Assembly: GCA_965199495.1 (NCBI GenBank) | Contig: CBDASK010000003.1 | Coordinates: 448,001 to 512,000 of the forward strand | DNA from: Abditibacterium sp. | Lineage (GTDB): Bacteria; Armatimonadota; Abditibacteriia; Abditibacteriales; Abditibacteriaceae | Length of the DNA: 64,000 nucleotides | Direction of reading: 5' to 3' | Part shown: one piece after another, positions 59,419-64,000 of the stretch | Layout of the letters: each line of letters starts with the position of its first letter | Position numbering within the stretch: position 1 is the stretch's first letter | Notes under the pieces: generated by a model | The model's database searches: none | What the model was told of the DNA's origin: nothing | Seen by the model: the letters and a program-made list of their open reading frames with translations, nothing else | Position numbers and translations under genes: made by a program

Positions 59419-59685
59419 CTAAAATTCTCCTTCTTTGCGCCGTTTCCAGCGCAGTCGCTGCGATTCGGCGATTTTGGCTTTGGCGGCATCGCTCGTTAGA
59501 ACGCCTTTGCGTCGTCCGGTGCGCTCTCTGGGTGTCCAATTTTGGGCATCAATCCGGTGAATAGCCACGCGGCCCACCAACGTAGTCGCGGCCAGGCGCC
59601 CGTCGTGGACAGCTTTATAAACGGCGTTACGAGAAACACCTTTGACAGTTGCGACCTGATTGACTGTGAGAAACTCGTCTTGCAT
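59419..59685 (-). CDS. Excisionase-like HTH with NUMOD3-like tail
   Basis: FLTVNQVATVKGVSRNAVYKAVHDGRL; RKGVLTSDAAKAKIAESQR. Confidence 0.7.
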   Translation of the reverse strand: MQDEFLTVNQVATVKGVSRNAVYKAVHDGRLAATTLVGRVAIHRIDAQNWTPRERTGRRKGVLTSDAAKAKIAESQRLRWKRRKEGEF

Positions 59686-59847
59686 AAATTTTACTTTGCT
59701 TCACTTTAGCAGAAAATCACTTTTTTGGCCTTCCTCAATTCGGAAAATCAAAAGACTGCCGGCATAACACGGAGGTAAACTTTTGGATTCCGAGCGATCA
59801 CAGAATTTTTGCAGGTTGCAATCCAAAGGAATCGGAAGCCAAATACA

Positions 59848-60612
59848 ATGAACAAAGATCAGAATCAGGATTACTCCGTTGTCGAACGCGCACTCGAAGA
59901 ATTGGAATTTTTGAACGCGACGGATGAACAGATTCGACAACTCCAAGAACAGCAAAAGCAGCGCAAAGCCGATATGATCGTGGAACTAAGCCAAAAGTTG
60001 AAGCAAGTTCCTCTGGAACAGGCCAATGTTGTAGCGTCGAACGCATACTGGGCCGACCCAAAACTAGCGGATGCGGTGAGAAAAGCCTATCTTTCTGGAA
60101 CAAATCGTGGATTTGTTCCACTCTCGATGCCCACAGAAATTGCTTGTGAGCGTTGCGGTAACTTGATCACGGCGACGAGTTGGACAAATTATAAAGACAT
60201 CGTGAGTCGTGCCGAACACCGTGAGAAAGAAGCAGCGTATCGTTGGGGCGAACAACTTTGTCTGTCTTGCGCCGAAGCGAAACGCGCTAAAAGAGACGAA
60301 GAAAGCGCAGCTTACTTTGATTGTTGGGAGGAAGAATGCGAAGCCGCCGAACGCGAACGAGAGCAGAGAGAAGCCGAACTCCAACAAATGTCCGGCGATG
60401 AGTATTTTCAAACCGAACACTGGCAACTTCTCGCCCAGGCGGTCGTGAAAAAAGCGGGATACCGTTGCCAATTGTGCAATACAGGCGGAATTCTCAACGT
60501 TCACCTCCACACTCAAGAAGTCCGTGGTCGTGAGTCGCTGGCGGACTTAGTTGTCTTGTGCCAACAATGCTCCGGCTCTTATCAGTTGATCGAGGAAATA
60601 CGAAAATCTTAG
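59848..60612 (+). CDS. Zn-finger protein with degenerate HNH domain
   Basis: CERC, CLSC; YFQTEHW...YRCQLC...LNVHLH...E...DLVVLCQQCS. Confidence 0.7.
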   Translation: MNKDQNQDYSVVERALEELEFLNATDEQIRQLQEQQKQRKADMIVELSQKLKQVPLEQANVVASNAYWADPKLADAVRKAYLSGTNRGFVPLSMPTEIACERCGNLITATSWTNYKDIVSRAEHREKEAAYRWGEQLCLSCAEAKRAKRDEESAAYFDCWEEECEAAEREREQREAELQQMSGDEYFQTEHWQLLAQAVVKKAGYRCQLCNTGGILNVHLHTQEVRGRESLADLVVLCQQCSGSYQLIEEIRKS

Positions 60613-60726
60613 CTGAGAAAACTGAAGATAATTGGAACAATTTCGACCGCTTGCACATGGAATTAGTCTTTAGGAAAATATCACGGCAGTAAAATTCCAT
60701 TACAATGAGACAGAGCACCTTTCTTT

Positions 60727-63312
60727 ATGCCAAGTTGGAAATCTTCATCGCAGTTCAGAACAGTATTCAACGAGTTACAAGCGTTGGAGGGATATGATTT
60801 CGTCCAAAAAATTCAACCACTGCTTATTCTGGTGCAGTCACAAGTAAATTCTGAAAGTAGTTTCGAGACTAAGACAGTTCCTGTTGAAAAATCAGGTGCC
60901 TTCGTTTTGTTTGGCCAAGCTGATGACTTAATGTTATCCTCGTCTGCTCTGAAGCAGACAGCGAGGAATGTCCCAGGAGACAAAAGCATTCACTCTGAAC
61001 CTTTGTTTCAGTTGGTTCAATGTCACGGTTTCATATCAGGTAACACTCAAGTCGGCGATGCTCAATCCCTTGAATGTCAACGTGCCACAGAAATTTTTTT
61101 GCAAAGCGGACTGCATGTTCAAAACTATGTTTTTGTTTACAATCGGCGAGAAAAGAATTCCACTTTCCGAGAATCAATAGAAAGTATTGGCAACTCGTTA
61201 GTTGAATCAGGTCGAGTCGATACGTTTCAGATTTGGAATTTGACTGATTTACTGGAACGATTGTGCGATGTATTTTTGTCTCGTTTATCAGAATTTGCAC
61301 AAAAATATGCGCCATCAACTTTGGCAGCCGATACGATACACGCTTATGAACCGTTGAAGAGAGTGCCTTTATCTGTATCAACCATATCTGTTGATGCTCA
61401 CTCGTTGCACTCTGACTCAGAAAAATTTGTTCACCAAGGTCTACTTGATCCAGTAGAAGAATTACTCAAAGGCAGAATTACGAATTACTCTGTGCTTCTT
61501 GGTGAGTTTGGTTTTGGTAAAACAACGGCAGCACTTCGTGCAAGCGCGCAACAGGAAACCCCTGTCTTCTTCGTATCAGGCGCCAGCCTAAATCTGAATG
61601 AGGTAAGCTCCAAAAATTTACTGTTACAGTGTGTCAATGAAGATGCATTAGCAGAAGAGTTTATTGACATCGATCAATCGCTTTTAAAACCTCTTTTGAA
61701 AGTTGTCGTCGAAAAATACTTTATCGCAGAGAAATGCCACGCTGTCCTGTTGTTCGATGCCATTGATGAAGCTCCACTACTCAACCGTAAAGGAGGGCTT
61801 CAAACTTTCTTTCAGCTACTGGCTCAAGTTCGGTGCCGCATACTTATGACGGTGCGAAGCGAGTTTTGGGATGTTCATAGAGCAGACTTTGAAATAGCCT
61901 TTGGTTCGGCCTCTGTTTCGGGACGAGGAACCCATAATCTTAAGCATCATAGTCTCATCCGTCTATTGCCGTGGTCGAACGTCGAAATTGCCCGACTTAT
62001 AAAGCGTCACCGAGATTCCTTAGAGGCTGAAGACGAAAAGGCACGTCTTCAAACGTTGCTTGAACTGGTAGAAAAAGGGCAATACGAGCAATTTTACGGC
62101 GATATTCCTCGGCGCCCATTGTTTCTTCAATGTATTTTGCAATCGGTGGAAGCACAAGGGGTTCAGCTAACTGGGCGGGTGCGTCTATTGGACAGATGGT
62201 GCCGCTTAAAAATACTGCGAGATACTCGTAATCCACAACGTTTCAATTCTACAGAAAGAATTCCGCTTTCTGATGACATCACAACTATGGAGGAAACAAT
62301 CAGCCTTGCTCTACTTGTGATGGAAAAAGCAGCACATTTAATGACACAAGAGAAAGATGGTGAAGTCGAGCTTCTTCCATTCTGCGATGCGAGAGAATTA
62401 CGTTCAATTGAACCTCAGTTCGACCGAATTACTAATTCTGGCTTAGTGCTAAACAGTTTGCTTTTACCGGTATCTCCCCGACTGCCAGGGACACCGCTCC
62501 GTCTACGGTTCGCACATCGCGCCTTCCAAGAATTCTTCCTTGCACGATTTCTCCTTAACGAGGGATACTCCCTCAACACGCCACTTCCGACAACAGTGCA
62601 AGAGTGGATGGAAGATTTGCGAACTTTGAATGAAGAAAATTTCGAGTTCTCAACGAATAAAGCCCGAATCGTTAAACCGATGTCTTTAACATCAACATTG
62701 GCAACTCAGAACATGGTTACAATTTTATTTCTTGCTTCCAATCCCGATGATGGTTCTGGAGGAGCATTAAAATTAGATGCAGAGTGCCGCTCAATAGACC
62801 AGCGTTTGCGCGCCAGCAAACATAGGGAAAGATTTGACTTGCGCTCTCAGTGGGCGGTGCGGGTAAATGATTTACAGAATGCACTTCTTGAGTATTCTCC
62901 AACTATCGTGCATTTTAGTGGGCACGGAAATTCGTCCGGTCAAATTATTTTGCAAGACGATACCGAAAGGTCTTTTCCAGTTTCGCAGCAATCGCTCAGT
63001 GAACTTTTCCAAATTCTTTCCCAAGAAGTGCGTTGCGTCGTCCTCAACGCCTGTTACTCTGAAGACCAAGCTCGCGCAATTGCTGATCATATCGACTGCG
63101 TCGTAGGTGTTCCTAACGAAATTGATGACACTGCGGCCATTAGCTTTTCTGCTGCTTTCTACCAAGCTCTCGGATATGGGTGCAGCGTTCAACAGGCTTT
63201 TGAATTGGGATGTAACTCTATTGGCCTTAGCGGACACGATGCCTCCCAAAGTCCTAAATTACTTACCCGTCGCGGCGTAGATGCTTCTAAAGTAGTTTTG
63301 ATTGACAATTGA
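60727..63312 (+). CDS. NACHT/STAND-like NTPase with C-terminal CHAT (caspase-like) protease
   Basis: Walker A GEFGFGKT, Walker B LLFDAIDE, PLFL, FAHRAFQEFFLA; CHAT ILFLASNP, HFSGHG, VLNACYS. Confidence 0.85.
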   Translation: MPSWKSSSQFRTVFNELQALEGYDFVQKIQPLLILVQSQVNSESSFETKTVPVEKSGAFVLFGQADDLMLSSSALKQTARNVPGDKSIHSEPLFQLVQCHGFISGNTQVGDAQSLECQRATEIFLQSGLHVQNYVFVYNRREKNSTFRESIESIGNSLVESGRVDTFQIWNLTDLLERLCDVFLSRLSEFAQKYAPSTLAADTIHAYEPLKRVPLSVSTISVDAHSLHSDSEKFVHQGLLDPVEELLKGRITNYSVLLGEFGFGKTTAALRASAQQETPVFFVSGASLNLNEVSSKNLLLQCVNEDALAEEFIDIDQSLLKPLLKVVVEKYFIAEKCHAVLLFDAIDEAPLLNRKGGLQTFFQLLAQVRCRILMTVRSEFWDVHRADFEIAFGSASVSGRGTHNLKHHSLIRLLPWSNVEIARLIKRHRDSLEAEDEKARLQTLLELVEKGQYEQFYGDIPRRPLFLQCILQSVEAQGVQLTGRVRLLDRWCRLKILRDTRNPQRFNSTERIPLSDDITTMEETISLALLVMEKAAHLMTQEKDGEVELLPFCDARELRSIEPQFDRITNSGLVLNSLLLPVSPRLPGTPLRLRFAHRAFQEFFLARFLLNEGYSLNTPLPTTVQEWMEDLRTLNEENFEFSTNKARIVKPMSLTSTLATQNMVTILFLASNPDDGSGGALKLDAECRSIDQRLRASKHRERFDLRSQWAVRVNDLQNALLEYSPTIVHFSGHGNSSGQIILQDDTERSFPVSQQSLSELFQILSQEVRCVVLNACYSEDQARAIADHIDCVVGVPNEIDDTAAISFSAAFYQALGYGCSVQQAFELGCNSIGLSGHDASQSPKLLTRRGVDASKVVLIDN

Positions 63313-63337
63313 ACCAATGACATAATAGATGACATCA

Positions 63338-63364
63338 AAAAAGCCGAGCTAATGCTCGACTTTT
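63338..63364. terminator. Bidirectional terminator
   Basis: AAAAG-CCGAGC-taat-GCTCGA-CTTTT between convergent genes. Confidence 0.65.
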
Positions 63365-63392
63365 GAATTTCGTGCCTTGAATCAACGTCAGC

Positions 63393-64000
63393 TTATCGGT
63401 AGCTTGTTAGTCCCAGACAGTCCAGGTTTTGAGCCACCTCATCATTTTCAATGAGAGAGGGATCACATTGAAACATATCCACCCAATTTTTGAGTTCGGC
63501 TGGATGCCAGTGACTGTTTTTCTCAGTCGGCTCTTCAGCTAACTTATTGACAAGCTGAATGCCATCTTTACAAACGGCCATATACCCCAATTCTATACCG
63601 AAGAGGAGAGCCAGTAACCCTAACAGCATTTGCTTCCAAGTGACCTCAGAATGCAAGTAATATGTTCCGAAATAGAACAGGTCTATACCATGTGCTTTCC
63701 CCCATGCCCTCAAGTGACGAGTTGCTGGACTGGAGACATCCGCAACAGCCCAAACTACAGGTAGGGAGCCATCTAAGCACTCACGAGCTAACTGTAAGCC
63801 TCCTGCGTAGCCGCTTTCTTGAAAAAAGTGTTCTTCCAAGCTGGGAAATCGCACATCCATGAGAACGCCTTGCACAAAGGGTAATTGCGAACGCGCATCC
63901 TGAATCGTCGATGCGTAGCGGAAACGAATGCCTTTGGGCCATGTATCTGAACCAAACGCAAGTTGAGCATCGCTAAGTGGATGCAAAGCGGGGTTTTGAA
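63393..64000 (-). CDS. Partial protein with a receiver-like segment; runs off the window edge
   Basis: VLMDVRFP...GGLQLAR...LPVVW; frame open to the end of the window. Confidence 0.45.
   Translation of the reverse strand, partial: QNPALHPLSDAQLAFGSDTWPKGIRFRYASTIQDARSQLPFVQGVLMDVRFPSLEEHFFQESGYAGGLQLARECLDGSLPVVWAVADVSSPATRHLRAWGKAHGIDLFYFGTYYLHSEVTWKQMLLGLLALLFGIELGYMAVCKDGIQLVNKLAEEPTEKNSHWHPAELKNWVDMFQCDPSLIENDEVAQNLDCLGLTSYR

Overview
This 64-kb window is mostly a ~53-55 kb GC-rich heavy-metal resistance and homeostasis island (about 4.3 kb to 57.7-59.4 kb). It carries three tripartite RND efflux operons, Zn/Cd/Pb and Cu P1B ATPases, ZIP, FTR1 and CDF-like transporters, a two-domain multicopper oxidase and a Csp copper-storage protein. 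It also holds CsoR, MerR and ArsR regulators, an ars cluster and a nested ArsR-led merA-merTP cassette. The flanks are more AT-rich and look like a mobile-element backbone. The left side has replication-initiator-like genes, a pentapeptide-TIR protein and a DUF6166 fusion. The right side has a HEPN-like protein, an excisionase-like HTH, a degenerate HNH and a STAND NTPase-CHAT protease. The strongest hidden signal is that each RND operon opens with an unannotated exported His/Cys-containing leader ORF ending in S-L-x(2-3)-R-A-P-P, a ribosome-arrest motif. In two of the three, the RAPP and adjacent codons base-pair with the Shine-Dalgarno of the downstream tolC gene. Each leader also has an ATAC-N9-GTAT (CsoR/RcnR-type) box upstream. 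Together this points to two-tier control of metal efflux by a repressor plus an arrest peptide. I saw no tRNA, rRNA, CRISPR array, integrase or transposase. All calls come from motifs read by eye; no database search or RNA folding program was run.
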